DNA of 64,000 nucleotides from an uncultured Desulfarculaceae bacterium (GCA_964514105.1 CAZEPJ010000001.1:34448-98447); one strand, 5' to 3'; shown: positions 49,570-59,724, numbered from the stretch's first letter. Numbers and translations: made by a program. The notes: generated by a model from the sequence alone, not told the origin.

Positions 49570-51102
49570 ATGAGATCCGCCAGCCAAATGCCGACCATCC
49601 GCCTGCACGCCCGGGACAATGTAGTCGTGGCCAGGGTGGCCTTGGAGCCGGGCTCTGCCGTCCCGGAGGAGGCCTTGACCTGCCGGGATCCCGTTCCCCC
49701 GGGCCATAAGGTGGCCACGGCGGGCATTGCCCGGGGCGCTGCCGTGCGCAAATACGACCAGATCATCGGCTTTGCCACCCGAGACATCGAGCCCGGCCAG
49801 CACGTTCACACCCACAATCTGGCCGTGGGGGCCTTTGAGAGGGAGCACGACTTCGGAGCCGAGGCCCGCCCCACGCCCCTGGTGCCCGAGGCCCGGCGGG
49901 CCCGGTTCCAGGGGATCGTGAGACCGGATGGGCGGGTGGCCACGCGCAACTACGTCGGCGTCCTGCCCACAGTCAACTGCTCGGCCACGGTGGCTCGGGC
50001 CATCGCCGCCGCCTTCGAGGGGGACGCCCTGGCCCCCTTTCCCAACGTGGACGGGGTCGTGGCCCTTCCCCATGGGGAGGGGTGCGCCACGGCGGGCAGA
50101 GGGGAGAACTTCGAGCGGCTGCAGCGGACCTTCGCCGGATGGATCCGACACCCCAATTTCGCTGCGGTCATCCTGGTGGGCCTGGGATGCGAGGCCAACG
50201 AGGCCGGCCTCCTCATGTCCTGCATGGGGTTTCAGGCAGGCCCGTTCACTCATGTGATGAACATCCAGGAGCACGGGGGGACCGGGGCCACGGTGGCCGA
50301 GGCCGTGGGTCGCATCGGCCGCATGCTTCCCGACGTCAACCGCATCGAGCGCCGGCCCGTGTCGGCCGAACACCTCATCCTGGCTCTGGAGTGCGGAGGC
50401 TCCGACGCCCACTCGGGGATCACGGCCAACCCGGTCCTGGGGGCGGCGGCCGATCTCCTGGTGCGCCACGGCGGCACGGCCGTGCTGAGCGAGACGCCGG
50501 AGATCTACGGGGCCGAACATCTGCTGACCCGCCGGGCCGCAAGCCGGGAAGTGGGGGAGGCCCTGGTCCGCCGGATCCGGTGGTGGGAGGAACACACGGC
50601 CCGGCTCGACGGGGAGATGGACAACAACCCGACCCAGGGAAACAAGGCCGGGGGGCTCACCACCATCCTGGAGAAATCCCTGGGGGCCGTGGCCAAGGGC
50701 GGTACGACCCGCCTCATGGCGGTCTATGAGTACGCCGAGACCATACGAGGCCGTGGGCTGGTGTTCATGGACACGCCGGGGTACGATCCGGTCTCCGTAA
50801 CGGGCATGGTGGCGGGGGGGGCCAACGTCATCGGATTCACCACGGGGCGGGGCTCGGCCTTTGGCTGCAAGCCGGTGCCGTCCATCAAGCTGGCCAGCAA
50901 CACAGCCCTGTACGAGCGCATGACAGGAGACATGGACGTGAACTGCGGGGTCATCCTGGATGGAACGTCCAGCGTGGAGGAGCTGGGGGAGGCCGTCTTT
51001 CGCCTCATTCTGGATGTGGCCTCGGGCCGGCGCACCAAGAGCGAGATCCAAGGTTACGGGGACCTGGAGTTCATCCCCTGGCGCACCGGGGCCCAGATGT
51101 GA
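49570..51102 (+). CDS. UxaA/GarD-family sugar-acid dehydratase (altronate or galactarate dehydratase-like)
   Basis: 510 aa. N-terminal SAF domain (IRLHARDNVVVA...GHKVAT) plus the C-terminal D-galactarate dehydratase/altronate hydrolase domain. Confidence 0.75.
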   Translation: MRSASQMPTIRLHARDNVVVARVALEPGSAVPEEALTCRDPVPPGHKVATAGIARGAAVRKYDQIIGFATRDIEPGQHVHTHNLAVGAFEREHDFGAEARPTPLVPEARRARFQGIVRPDGRVATRNYVGVLPTVNCSATVARAIAAAFEGDALAPFPNVDGVVALPHGEGCATAGRGENFERLQRTFAGWIRHPNFAAVILVGLGCEANEAGLLMSCMGFQAGPFTHVMNIQEHGGTGATVAEAVGRIGRMLPDVNRIERRPVSAEHLILALECGGSDAHSGITANPVLGAAADLLVRHGGTAVLSETPEIYGAEHLLTRRAASREVGEALVRRIRWWEEHTARLDGEMDNNPTQGNKAGGLTTILEKSLGAVAKGGTTRLMAVYEYAETIRGRGLVFMDTPGYDPVSVTGMVAGGANVIGFTTGRGSAFGCKPVPSIKLASNTALYERMTGDMDVNCGVILDGTSSVEELGEAVFRLILDVASGRRTKSEIQGYGDLEFIPWRTGAQM

Positions 51103-51162
51103 CCTTGCCAGGGCCCCTGGGACTGTCTTTGGGTATGCCGCCAGTTCAAGAACGGAGATGCC

Positions 51163-51790
51163 ATGGAGCGCACGGTCCGCTTCGATCTCAACGGAAACCC
51201 CGTGACCGTCGCCCACCGCATCGCCTTGCGGGACTGCGAGGTCTTCTGTGTGGGGGGCCGGGAGGCCAGGCAGTTCCAAGGGGTGCCGCACCAACGGACC
51301 GCCTCCCACGGGGGCTGGTACGGGGGGACAACCGGCGGGGCTCCGCCCCATCGACGCGGACCCGGGCGGGGGGCTTGGGTCAACACCCGCACCTTCGCCA
51401 GTATGATGCGCGTATCGCCGGCCGCGGTCGAGACGTTCCAACGACCAAGGCGGCCGGGATCCGGCGGGCCGGGGTGTGGAAATGGCTTGGGCGGCATATC
51501 GGGGGACCTACGTGGCCGCCATGGGGAAGGTGGACGTGGACCGGCGGACCGGCCGGGTGGAGGTCAGACGGGCGGTCCGCGCCCGGGACATGAGGCTCGT
51601 GGTGAACCTTGAAGGGGCCCGCCGGAAAACGGACGGGTCCGCCACCATGGGGTTGGGGTACAGCGTCTCGGAGGACGTGCGCTTCAGGGGAGGCGAACGG
51701 ATAAATGGGAATTCGGGCACGTCCGGCCTTCCCTGGTCTTCATGGCTTCCCAGGATCGATACTGTCTTGGTGGAAGCCCTTTCCCATCAG
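51163..51790 (+). pseudogene. Decayed remnants of a molybdenum hydroxylase (xanthine dehydrogenase/CoxSML-family) operon
   Basis: The 5' part encodes MERTVRFDLNGNPVTVAH, which resembles a [2Fe-2S] small-subunit N-terminus but lacks the downstream Cys motifs. The 3' part (frame of 51476..51817) encodes VAAMGKVDVDRRTGRVEVRRAVRARDMRLVVNLEGARRKTDGSATMGLGYSVSEDVRF, matching the C-terminal region of molybdopterin-binding large subunits. No intact frame connects the two. Confidence 0.35.
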
Positions 51791-52230
51791 CCCAACAGGC
51801 CCGAGTCCTCGTTATAGGATTGGGCGAAGAGGGATGCCGGGCCCTTGAAGACGTTGGCGTGGGTGAAGACGTGGTCCGCCACCTGCCGCCGCCTCTCCTC
51901 GTCCAACTCATGGAAGATCCGCTGCATCCCTGGCAGATCGCCGGTTTTCTCCATTTTGGCCCAGATCGCCTCGGGCGTCTCGGCCGGAGGGGGCGCGCCC
52001 TGGTCCCATCGTTTGGCGAAGAGGGCCCTGGCCTCCAGGGCCACGGCGTCCAGTCGACCCTTCAAGGCCTCCAGGGCCCGCTCCAGTTCCTCGGCTGTGC
52101 GGCATCCCGGGGTCAGAGACAGGCCCCCCTCCGCACCAGGAGGATCCGATTCGGCCACGATCCGAACCGAAACCTCCCCGATGACCGACTCCCTTTCTCC
52201 AAGTTTCTCCAACTTCAATCGAACGGTCAT
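51787..52230 (-). CDS. Hypothetical protein (147 aa)
   Basis: AAAGGAG RBS, GC3-rich codons, and no recognised domain. Confidence 0.45.
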   Translation of the reverse strand: MTVRLKLEKLGERESVIGEVSVRIVAESDPPGAEGGLSLTPGCRTAEELERALEALKGRLDAVALEARALFAKRWDQGAPPPAETPEAIWAKMEKTGDLPGMQRIFHELDEERRRQVADHVFTHANVFKGPASLFAQSYNEDSGLLG

Positions 52231-52401
52231 GGGCTGACGCTCCTTTCTCCATCCCTCAGCGGAGCCTAGGGAGATTCCCGGGGGTTGTCAAGAAAACGCC
52301 GTCCCGGGGTTGCATGGTCGGCTTGGGTTGTGGTAGAAGATCTGTGTCCCGACCGAAGACTTCCGACGACATCAGGCAAACCAATCCGTGAGGAGGGCGC
52401 C

Positions 52402-53937
52402 ATGATCGGAAAAGGGTTTTTTCGAGCATTACTCTGCGCGGCTGGGCTTGTGGCGGCATTGGGCGTGTGGATCTCCCCGGCTGCTGCCGGCAAGAAGGAC
52501 AACAGCCTGAACATCGCCTGGGAAAAGGAGCTGGAGACGCTGGACCTGTACTACAACAGCGCCCGGGAGGGGATCATCGTCAGCTACCTGCTATACGACA
52601 CCCTGTTTTACAGAGATCCGGAGACCTCCGAGTACAGGCCGCTCCTGGCCCTCTCCCACAAGTGGGTCGATGACACCACCCTGGAGCTCGACCTGCGCCA
52701 GGGGGTGAAGTTCCACAACGGCGAGCCGTTCGACGCCGACGACGTGGCCTTCACCGTGAACTACGTGACCAATCCGGAGAACAAGGTCCTGGTCCAGCAG
52801 AACGTCAACTGGATGCAGAAGGCCGAGAAGGTCGGTCCGCACAAGGTCAGGATCTTCCTCAAGAAGCCCTTTCCCGCGGCCCTGGAGTACCTCTCCAACT
52901 ACCTCCCCATCTACCCCAACGAGTATTACGCCAAGGTTGGGAGCAAGGAGTTCGGTGTGGCCCCCATCGGCACGGGGCCGTACAGGGCGGGGAAGGTGGA
53001 GGCGGGCAAGGCCATCACGTTCCTTCGCAACGATGCCTACTTCGATGGGAGTCCCAAGGGAAAGCCGGCCATCGCCAAGATCGTGCAGCGGACCATCCCC
53101 GAGGTGAACACCAAGCTGGCCGAGCTCATCACCGGGGGCCTGGACTGGATCTGGCAGGTGCCCCCGGATCAGATGGAGAAGCTGGGACAGGTGCCCAACC
53201 TGACGGTGATCCCGGCCGAGACCATGCGGGTGGGGTTCCTGTACATGGATGCGGCAGGACGCTCCGGAGACGGTCCCATGAAGAAGCTCGAGGTCCGCCG
53301 GGCCATGAACCACGCCATCGATCGGGCGGCCATGGCCAAGAACCTCGTGGGAGGACAATCTCGGGTGATCCACTCGGCCTGCTTCCCCAGCCAGTTCGGC
53401 TGCACCGACGAAGGGGTCATGAAGTACGACTACAACCCCGAGAAGGCCAGGAAGCTTCTGGCCGAGGCGGGTTACCCCAACGGCTTCGAGATCGACCTGT
53501 ACGCCTACCGGGAACGGCCGTACGCGGAGGCCGTGGTCGGGTACCTCAAGGCGGTGGGCATCAAGGCCAACCTCCAGTACGGCCAGTACGCGGCCATGCG
53601 GGACAAGTGGCAAGCCAGCAAGTTCGCCCTGGCATACTGGACCTGGGGCTCTTATTCCATCAACGACATGTCCGCCAACACGGGATACTGGTTCAAGTTC
53701 ACCACAGACGACTCCGCCCGGGACGAGCAGGTCAAGCAGTGGCTGGAGGTGGGCGACACGTCCGTCGATTCCAACGTCCGAAAGGAGAACTACAAGAAGG
53801 CCCTCCAGCGCATCGCCGAGCAGGCCTACTGGGTGCCGCTGTTCTCGTACGTGTCCAACTACGCGTACAGCAAGGACCTGGAGTTCAAGCCGTACCCGGA
53901 CGAAGTCCCCAGGTTCTTCGCGGCCAGGTGGAAGTGA
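52402..53937 (+). CDS. ABC transporter substrate-binding protein, family 5 (peptide/nickel/opine, DppA/OppA-like)
   Basis: Internal ATG after GAGGAGGG. The signal peptide is followed by the SBP_bac_5 pattern. Confidence 0.85.
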   Translation: MIGKGFFRALLCAAGLVAALGVWISPAAAGKKDNSLNIAWEKELETLDLYYNSAREGIIVSYLLYDTLFYRDPETSEYRPLLALSHKWVDDTTLELDLRQGVKFHNGEPFDADDVAFTVNYVTNPENKVLVQQNVNWMQKAEKVGPHKVRIFLKKPFPAALEYLSNYLPIYPNEYYAKVGSKEFGVAPIGTGPYRAGKVEAGKAITFLRNDAYFDGSPKGKPAIAKIVQRTIPEVNTKLAELITGGLDWIWQVPPDQMEKLGQVPNLTVIPAETMRVGFLYMDAAGRSGDGPMKKLEVRRAMNHAIDRAAMAKNLVGGQSRVIHSACFPSQFGCTDEGVMKYDYNPEKARKLLAEAGYPNGFEIDLYAYRERPYAEAVVGYLKAVGIKANLQYGQYAAMRDKWQASKFALAYWTWGSYSINDMSANTGYWFKFTTDDSARDEQVKQWLEVGDTSVDSNVRKENYKKALQRIAEQAYWVPLFSYVSNYAYSKDLEFKPYPDEVPRFFAARWK

Positions 53938-54076
53938 AGGGGAGGCAACAGGCAGCGGGCAAGGGACAGCGGCGGCAGAGGGGGAGCGCTTCGTCGGCAA
54001 GGGGGTCGGCGGTTCCCCAAGGCCGCCCCTTGCCTGATTTGATCTCCGCCCGTCCCATCGGACCCCACAGGAAGCG

Positions 54077-54994
54077 ATGGCGTATTATACCCTGAAACGT
54101 CTGGGCCTGGCCCTCCTGGTGGCCCTCACCGTCTCCCTGGTGAGCTTCATGCTCCTGCGACTGTCCGGGGATCCCGCCGCCGCCCTGGCCGGCGAGAGCG
54201 CATCGGCGGCGGACATCGAGTTCGTCCGGCAGAAGTATGGGCTGGACAAGCCGCTGGTGGTCCAATACCTGGATTGGGCCGGGAGGGCCATTGGAGGCGA
54301 TTTCGGGGAGTCGGCCTTCTTCAAGCAGCAGGTGAGTCACATCATCGCAGGCAGGCTGGGTGTCACGCTGACCCTGGGGTTCTGGGCCCTGCTCTTCGCC
54401 GTGTTCCTCGCCATCCCCCTGGGGGTCCTGGCGGCCATTCGCCCCAATACCTGGATCGATCGGGCGGCCCTGGGCATGGCCGTCCTGGGGCAGGCCATGC
54501 CCACCTTCTGGTTCGGCTTGGTGATGATCATCTTCTTCGGGGTGACGCTCCGGATGCTGCCCATCTCGGGCAGCGACACCTGGGCCCACTACATCATGCC
54601 CTCGGTGGCCCTGGGCTACTACGCGGCGCCGGCCTTCATGCGGCTGACCCGGGCGGGGATGCTGGAGGTCCTGGCCTCGGACTACATTCGAACGGCCCGG
54701 GCCAAGGGGCTCAGGGCTCCAACGGTCCTGTTCAAGCACGCCCTGCGCAACGCCGTCATACCCGTGGTCTCCCTGGCCTCGGTGCAGTTCGGCTTCATGC
54801 TGGGGGGCTCCATCGTCATCGAGACCGTCTTCGCCCTGCACGGCATCGGATTCCTGGCGTGGGAGTCCATCCGCCGATCGGACCTTCCCGTCGTGCAGGC
54901 CATCGTGCTGATGCTCTCGCTCATCTACGTCCTGCTCAATCTCCTCTCCGATATCCTCAACGCCTTTCTGGACCCCAGGATCCGGGTGGCATGA
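54077..54994 (+). CDS. Peptide ABC transporter permease (DppB-like)
   Basis: 305 aa, BPD_transp_1 family with a DppB-like N-terminus. Confidence 0.85.
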   Translation: MAYYTLKRLGLALLVALTVSLVSFMLLRLSGDPAAALAGESASAADIEFVRQKYGLDKPLVVQYLDWAGRAIGGDFGESAFFKQQVSHIIAGRLGVTLTLGFWALLFAVFLAIPLGVLAAIRPNTWIDRAALGMAVLGQAMPTFWFGLVMIIFFGVTLRMLPISGSDTWAHYIMPSVALGYYAAPAFMRLTRAGMLEVLASDYIRTARAKGLRAPTVLFKHALRNAVIPVVSLASVQFGFMLGGSIVIETVFALHGIGFLAWESIRRSDLPVVQAIVLMLSLIYVLLNLLSDILNAFLDPRIRVA

Positions 54995-55920
54995 GCACGC
55001 GCGTGACGGCCATGGAAAAGGCGCTCCCCGTGACCTCCGAGGATCTGGGCGCCACCCTGGCGCCTTCTCCCGGGGCGCTGCTCAGGCGGCGCATTCTCGG
55101 CCATCGGAGCTTCCTGGTCGGCGCCCTGGTCCTGCTGGCCATCATCGTCATGGCCCTGGCGGCGCCGTGGGTCGCCCCCCACGATCCGTACGGCCAGGAC
55201 CTGAGCCGCCGCCTGATCCCGCCAATCTGGCACGCCAAGGGCACCTGGGACCACCCCCTGGGGACCGACAGCCTGGGCCGCGATTACCTCTCCCGCCTCA
55301 TCCACGGGGGCCGCATTTCCCTGCTCATCGGCGTGGCCACCGTGGGCATCTCCGGCGTCATCGGCTCGGCCCTGGGCGTCGCCGCTGGATACTTCGGCGG
55401 ACGGGTGGACCTGGCCATCAGCTTCCTCATCAGCGTCCGCCTGGCCATGCCCGTGGTACTGGTGGCCCTGGCCGTGGTGGCCCTCATCGGCGGATCCCTG
55501 CGCGTGGTGATCCTGGTGCTGGGTTTCCTCATCTGGGACCGATTCGCCGTGGTCATGCGCGCCTCGGTCCAGCAGATCCGTTCCGTGGACTACGTGCAGG
55601 CCGCCAGGGCCGCCGGCTGCTCGACCCCGAGGATCCTCCTGGCCGAGATCCTTCCCAATGTCCTCAACAACCTCATCGTGGTGGTCACGCTGGAGATGGC
55701 CAGGGCCATCCTCCTGGAGGCGGCCCTCTCCTTCCTGGGGCTGGGCGTTCAGCCGCCGCTTCCCTCCTGGGGGCTCATGGTTTCCGAGGGAAAGGAGTTC
55801 ATGCTGTTCAGTCCGTGGGTCATCACCATCCCCGGGGTGGCCCTCTTCCTCCTGGTCCTGTCCATCAACCTGCTGGGGGATGGGATCCGGGACATCAGCG
55901 CACCGGAGAACCGGGCTTGA
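54991..55920 (+). CDS. Peptide ABC transporter permease (DppC-like)
   Basis: The ATGA overlap with the upstream stop and the DppC/OppC N-terminal domain are present. The table ORF 54274..55920 N-terminus is an out-of-frame extension. Confidence 0.85.
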   Translation: MSTRVTAMEKALPVTSEDLGATLAPSPGALLRRRILGHRSFLVGALVLLAIIVMALAAPWVAPHDPYGQDLSRRLIPPIWHAKGTWDHPLGTDSLGRDYLSRLIHGGRISLLIGVATVGISGVIGSALGVAAGYFGGRVDLAISFLISVRLAMPVVLVALAVVALIGGSLRVVILVLGFLIWDRFAVVMRASVQQIRSVDYVQAARAAGCSTPRILLAEILPNVLNNLIVVVTLEMARAILLEAALSFLGLGVQPPLPSWGLMVSEGKEFMLFSPWVITIPGVALFLLVLSINLLGDGIRDISAPENRA

Positions 55921-55925
55921 CCCCC

Positions 55926-56906
55926 GTGCTTGAAGTGGAAGGGCTTCACGTGGAAATCGCCATGGCCGCCGGGACATTGCATCCTGTGCAGGACGTCGGC
56001 TTCCACGTGGGCTGCGGGGAGACCCTCAGCCTGGTGGGAGAATCGGGGTGCGGCAAGTCCCTCACGGCCCTGGCGGTCATGGGGCTGCTGCCCACGCGGT
56101 CGCGGCGAGTGGTCCAGAAGCTCAGTCTGCTGGGGGAGGAGATCCGGGACGCCGGCGAGCGCCGCATGGCCGACATCCGAGGAGATCGGGTCTCCATGAT
56201 CTTTCAGGAACCCATGACCTCCCTGAACCCCTGCTACAGCATCGGGAACCAGTTGACGGAGGCGCTGCGGCGGCATCGGTCTGTCTCCCGCGGCGCCGCC
56301 CGGGATCGGGCCGTGGCCCTGCTGGAGAAGGTCGGGATCATCGGGGCCGCAGGCCGTTTGGGGCAGTACCCCCATCAGCTCTCGGGCGGCCTGCGCCAGC
56401 GGGTCATGATCGCCATGGCCCTCATGTGCGACCCTGCCCTCATCATCGCCGATGAGCCGACCACGGCCCTGGACGTCACCATTCAGGCCCAGATCCTCTC
56501 TTTGCTGGCCGATCTGCAGAGCGAGTTTCAGATGGGGCTCATCCTGATCACCCACGATCTGGGCATCGTGGCCCGGGTGGCCCAGCGCGTGATCGTCATG
56601 TACGCCGGGCAGGTGGTTGAAACGGGAACGGTGGGGGAGGTCTTCGCCCGCCCCCTCCATCCGTACACCCGGGGGCTTCTGCGATGCATCCCGGTGCCCG
56701 GCCGAACCCGGCCGGGCGAACGTCTGGGGTCCATCCCCGGGCTGGTGCCCACCCTCATGGGGGAGATTCCGGGCTGCCATTTCGCCAACCGCTGTGCGTG
56801 GGTGGATGTGGCGTGCCGCTCCGGCAGGGTCCCGCTTCGGACGCTGACAGGGGGGCGGGCGGTCCGCTGCCTGCTGGCCGCACAGGGCCCAGGAGGCGCG
56901 GCATGA
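55926..56906 (+). CDS. Peptide ABC transporter ATP-binding protein (DppD-like)
   Basis: Start at in-frame GTG (or TTG at 55917). Walker [17 protein letters not shown], and an oligopeptide C-terminal domain. Confidence 0.85.
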   Translation: MLEVEGLHVEIAMAAGTLHPVQDVGFHVGCGETLSLVGESGCGKSLTALAVMGLLPTRSRRVVQKLSLLGEEIRDAGERRMADIRGDRVSMIFQEPMTSLNPCYSIGNQLTEALRRHRSVSRGAARDRAVALLEKVGIIGAAGRLGQYPHQLSGGLRQRVMIAMALMCDPALIIADEPTTALDVTIQAQILSLLADLQSEFQMGLILITHDLGIVARVAQRVIVMYAGQVVETGTVGEVFARPLHPYTRGLLRCIPVPGRTRPGERLGSIPGLVPTLMGEIPGCHFANRCAWVDVACRSGRVPLRTLTGGRAVRCLLAAQGPGGAA

Positions 56907-57877
56907 GGGGGTACGGGTTCCATGGTCCGGTCCTGGAGACCCGGGACGTCCACCGCCATTTCCGGGTGAGCGCAGGGGCGTTTCGCAGGAAGCTCATTCT
57001 CAGGGCGGTCAACGGTGTGTCCCTGGCCGCGCCTCGGGGCGGCGTCCTGGGGCTGGTGGGGGAGTCGGGGTGCGGGAAAACCACCCTGGCCCAGATGCTC
57101 CTGGGGCTCCTGGCGCCGACCCGAGGGGAGATCCTCCTTGACGGGAAGGAAATCTCGAGCCTTCGTCGCCAGGATATCAGCCGCACCGTGCAGCCCGTGT
57201 TTCAGGATCCCTATTCCTCTCTCAACCCCCGGCACAGCCTGCGCGCCATCATCTCCCTGCCCCTGCGGGTACACCGCGTGGGGGATCGCAGCACCTGGGG
57301 GGAGAAGGTTCAGGAGATGATGGACCTGGTGGGCCTGCCCGCCCGCCTTGCCCGGTGCTTCCCGGGCCAGCTCTCCGGGGGACAACGCCAGCGGGTGGCC
57401 ATCGCCCGGGCCTTGATCATGCGCCCCGAGGTGGTGATCTGCGACGAACCCACCTCCGCCCTGGATGTGTCGGTGCAGGCACAGATCTTGAACCTTCTCC
57501 TGGACCTGCGGGACGCCCTGGGGCTGACGTACATCCTGATCAGCCACAACTTGAGCGTGGTGGAGCACCTGGCCACGCGGGTGGCCGTCATGTACCTGGG
57601 GCGCATCGTGGAGGAGCGCCCGGCGGCCGAGATGTTCCAACGTCCGGCCCATCCCTACACCCAAGCCCTGCTGGCATCGGCCCTGACCCCGGAGCCCGGC
57701 CTGGGCCTCCCCAAGACGCACCTGGGCATCGCCTATCCCAATCCCATGGATCCACCCGGCGGATGCACCTTCCATCCCCGCTGCCCCAAAGCCGAGGAGC
57801 GATGTGCCCGCCTCGCTCCGGAACCGATTCGCGATGGAGACCAGTTGGTGGAATGCCACTTTCCCCAGAACAGGTGA
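56903..57877 (+). CDS. Peptide ABC transporter ATP-binding protein (DppF-like)
   Basis: AGGAGG RBS with an ATGA overlap. Walker A GESGCGKTT and LSGGQRQR. Confidence 0.85.
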   Translation: MRGYGFHGPVLETRDVHRHFRVSAGAFRRKLILRAVNGVSLAAPRGGVLGLVGESGCGKTTLAQMLLGLLAPTRGEILLDGKEISSLRRQDISRTVQPVFQDPYSSLNPRHSLRAIISLPLRVHRVGDRSTWGEKVQEMMDLVGLPARLARCFPGQLSGGQRQRVAIARALIMRPEVVICDEPTSALDVSVQAQILNLLLDLRDALGLTYILISHNLSVVEHLATRVAVMYLGRIVEERPAAEMFQRPAHPYTQALLASALTPEPGLGLPKTHLGIAYPNPMDPPGGCTFHPRCPKAEERCARLAPEPIRDGDQLVECHFPQNR

Positions 57878-57884
57878 GGTCGAG

Positions 57885-59297
57885 ATGCCCACACGAGAGG
57901 ACGCCATCGCCGCCGCCACCGCTCATTTCGATGAAGGAGGGTTTCTGTCCGATCTCCGCAGGCGGGTCCGCATCCCTTCGGAGAGCCAGAACCCGTCCTG
58001 CGTGGGACCGCTGCGGGACTACCTGACCGAGGAGATGACCCCCTATCTCCGATCCCTGGGGTTCCAGTGTCAGGTCCTGGAGAACCCCGTGGCGCCCCGC
58101 CTGCCCTTGCTGGCCGCCCAGCGGGTGGAGGACCCGAGCCTGGCCACGGTGCTCACGTACGGTCACGGGGACACGGTCCGAGGCATGGAGGGGCGCTGGC
58201 GGGAGGGGCTCCAGCCGTGGACAGTCACGGTGGACGGCGAGCGGTGGTACGGCCGGGGCGTGGCGGACAACAAGGGGCAGCATGCCATCAACTTGGCGGC
58301 CCTCGCAGCCGTGCTCAGAACCGAGGGCCGCCTCGGTTTCAACGTGCGCGTGCTGCTGGAAATGGGGGAGGAGTCCGGATCGCCGGGCCTCCATGCCATT
58401 TGCGAGCAGGAAAAGGCAAGGTTCCAGGCCGACGTGCTCATTGCCAGCGACGGGCCGAGACTGGCGCCCGACCGACCCACGGTGTTCGGCGGGAGCCGGG
58501 GGGTGCTCAACTTCGACCTGGTGGTGGACCTGCGGGAAGGCGGGCATCACTCGGGCAACTGGGGCGGGCTCCTGGCCAACCCCGGGATCATCCTGGGCCA
58601 CGCCATCGCCTGCCTCGTGAGCCATCGGGGAGAGATCCGGGTGCCGGCCCTCAAACCTCCGGGCATCCCGGAGTCGGTGCGGCGGGTCCTGGCGCAACTG
58701 GAGGTGACCGGAGAGGGAGGACCCCAGATCGATCCCGAATGGGGCGAGCCGGGCCTGACCCTGGCCGAGAAGGTCTATGGGTGGAACACCCTGGAGGTCC
58801 TGGCCTTGGAGAGCGGAGATCCGGCCGCCCCGGCCCATGCCATACCTCCCAAGGCCTGGGCCCGCTGCCACATGCGCTTCGTGGCGGGGCAGGACCCCTC
58901 GCGGTTTGTGCCTGCGGTTCGGGCGCACCTGGATGCCGCCGGCCTCCACATGGTCCGGGTGTCGCCCGTGAGGGAGAGCTGGACCAACGCGACGCGCCTG
59001 GACCCCGACGACCCCTGGCTGACAACGGCGCTGGAGTCTCTGGAGCGAACCACCGGCAGCAAGCCGGCGTATCTGCCCAACCTGGGCGGCACTCTGCCCA
59101 ATGATGCCTTCACGGACATCTTGGGCTTGCCCACCGTGTGGATCCCCCACTCGTACGGCGGATGCTCCCAGCACGCGCCCGATGAGCACATCTTGGCGCC
59201 GTTGACCCGCCAGGCCCTGCAGATCATGACCGGGCTGTTCTGGGACATCGGGCATGGCGCGGCCCCCGGCAACCCGCCCCGCGGGAAAGGCGCGTGA
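57885..59297 (+). CDS. M20-family metallopeptidase (dipeptidase/ArgE/DapE/CPG2-like)
   Basis: Internal ATG (MPTREDAIAAATAHF). Metal-ligand regions HGDTV and GVADNKG, with an EMGEESGS catalytic Glu region. Confidence 0.75.
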   Translation: MPTREDAIAAATAHFDEGGFLSDLRRRVRIPSESQNPSCVGPLRDYLTEEMTPYLRSLGFQCQVLENPVAPRLPLLAAQRVEDPSLATVLTYGHGDTVRGMEGRWREGLQPWTVTVDGERWYGRGVADNKGQHAINLAALAAVLRTEGRLGFNVRVLLEMGEESGSPGLHAICEQEKARFQADVLIASDGPRLAPDRPTVFGGSRGVLNFDLVVDLREGGHHSGNWGGLLANPGIILGHAIACLVSHRGEIRVPALKPPGIPESVRRVLAQLEVTGEGGPQIDPEWGEPGLTLAEKVYGWNTLEVLALESGDPAAPAHAIPPKAWARCHMRFVAGQDPSRFVPAVRAHLDAAGLHMVRVSPVRESWTNATRLDPDDPWLTTALESLERTTGSKPAYLPNLGGTLPNDAFTDILGLPTVWIPHSYGGCSQHAPDEHILAPLTRQALQIMTGLFWDIGHGAAPGNPPRGKGA

Positions 59298-59332
59298 TGC
59301 CCGAGAAAGTTGACTTGGGGGTCAGTTTTTCC

Positions 59333-59361
59333 TTGCCCGTGGCGCTCCTGTTCGGTATAAT
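59333..59361 (+). promoter_or_regulatory. Candidate sigma70 promoter with a consensus -10 box
   Basis: TTGCCC, 17 nt, then TATAAT in a locally AT-rich patch, 40 nt upstream of the small ORF. Confidence 0.4.
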
Positions 59362-59400
59362 AAATTGAAATCGCTGAAAAACAGATCGTGGGCATGAAAA

Positions 59401-59667
59401 ATGAAGTCGCAACTGAGTCGCGCAAGCTTTCTGAACTATGAGGGCGCAACCGGCCCGGAGTTGATCAACATCCCGCTGCCGGACGGTTTCGAGCAGATGA
59501 CGCCGGGGGAGAAGATCCAGTTCATATCCGATGCGCTCAAGAACCTGGAGAACAAGTACCCCCCGGACAAGGAAAACCTCAGGCGTCACACCTCCCTGGT
59601 CCGCATCGGGCAGGGGAAGCTGACGTATTCGGTGGAATACCTCCCGGTGCCCGACGACGATTATTGA
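59401..59667 (+). CDS. Small hypothetical protein (88 aa)
   Basis: GC3-rich frame flanked by the consensus promoter and a strong terminator. No recognised motif. Confidence 0.45.
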   Translation: MKSQLSRASFLNYEGATGPELINIPLPDGFEQMTPGEKIQFISDALKNLENKYPPDKENLRRHTSLVRIGQGKLTYSVEYLPVPDDDY

Positions 59668-59694
59668 GAGAGGGGCCCTGCCCTTCTCTTTTTC
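59666..59694. terminator. Rho-independent terminator (bidirectional position)
   Basis: GAGAGAGGGGC-cct-GCCCTTCTCT is a roughly 10-bp stem followed by TTTT. It lies between the small ORF (+) and the acyl-CoA synthetase gene (-). Confidence 0.55.
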
Positions 59695-59724
59695 CCAGGC
59701 GCATCCCAGCGAACATCGACACGC

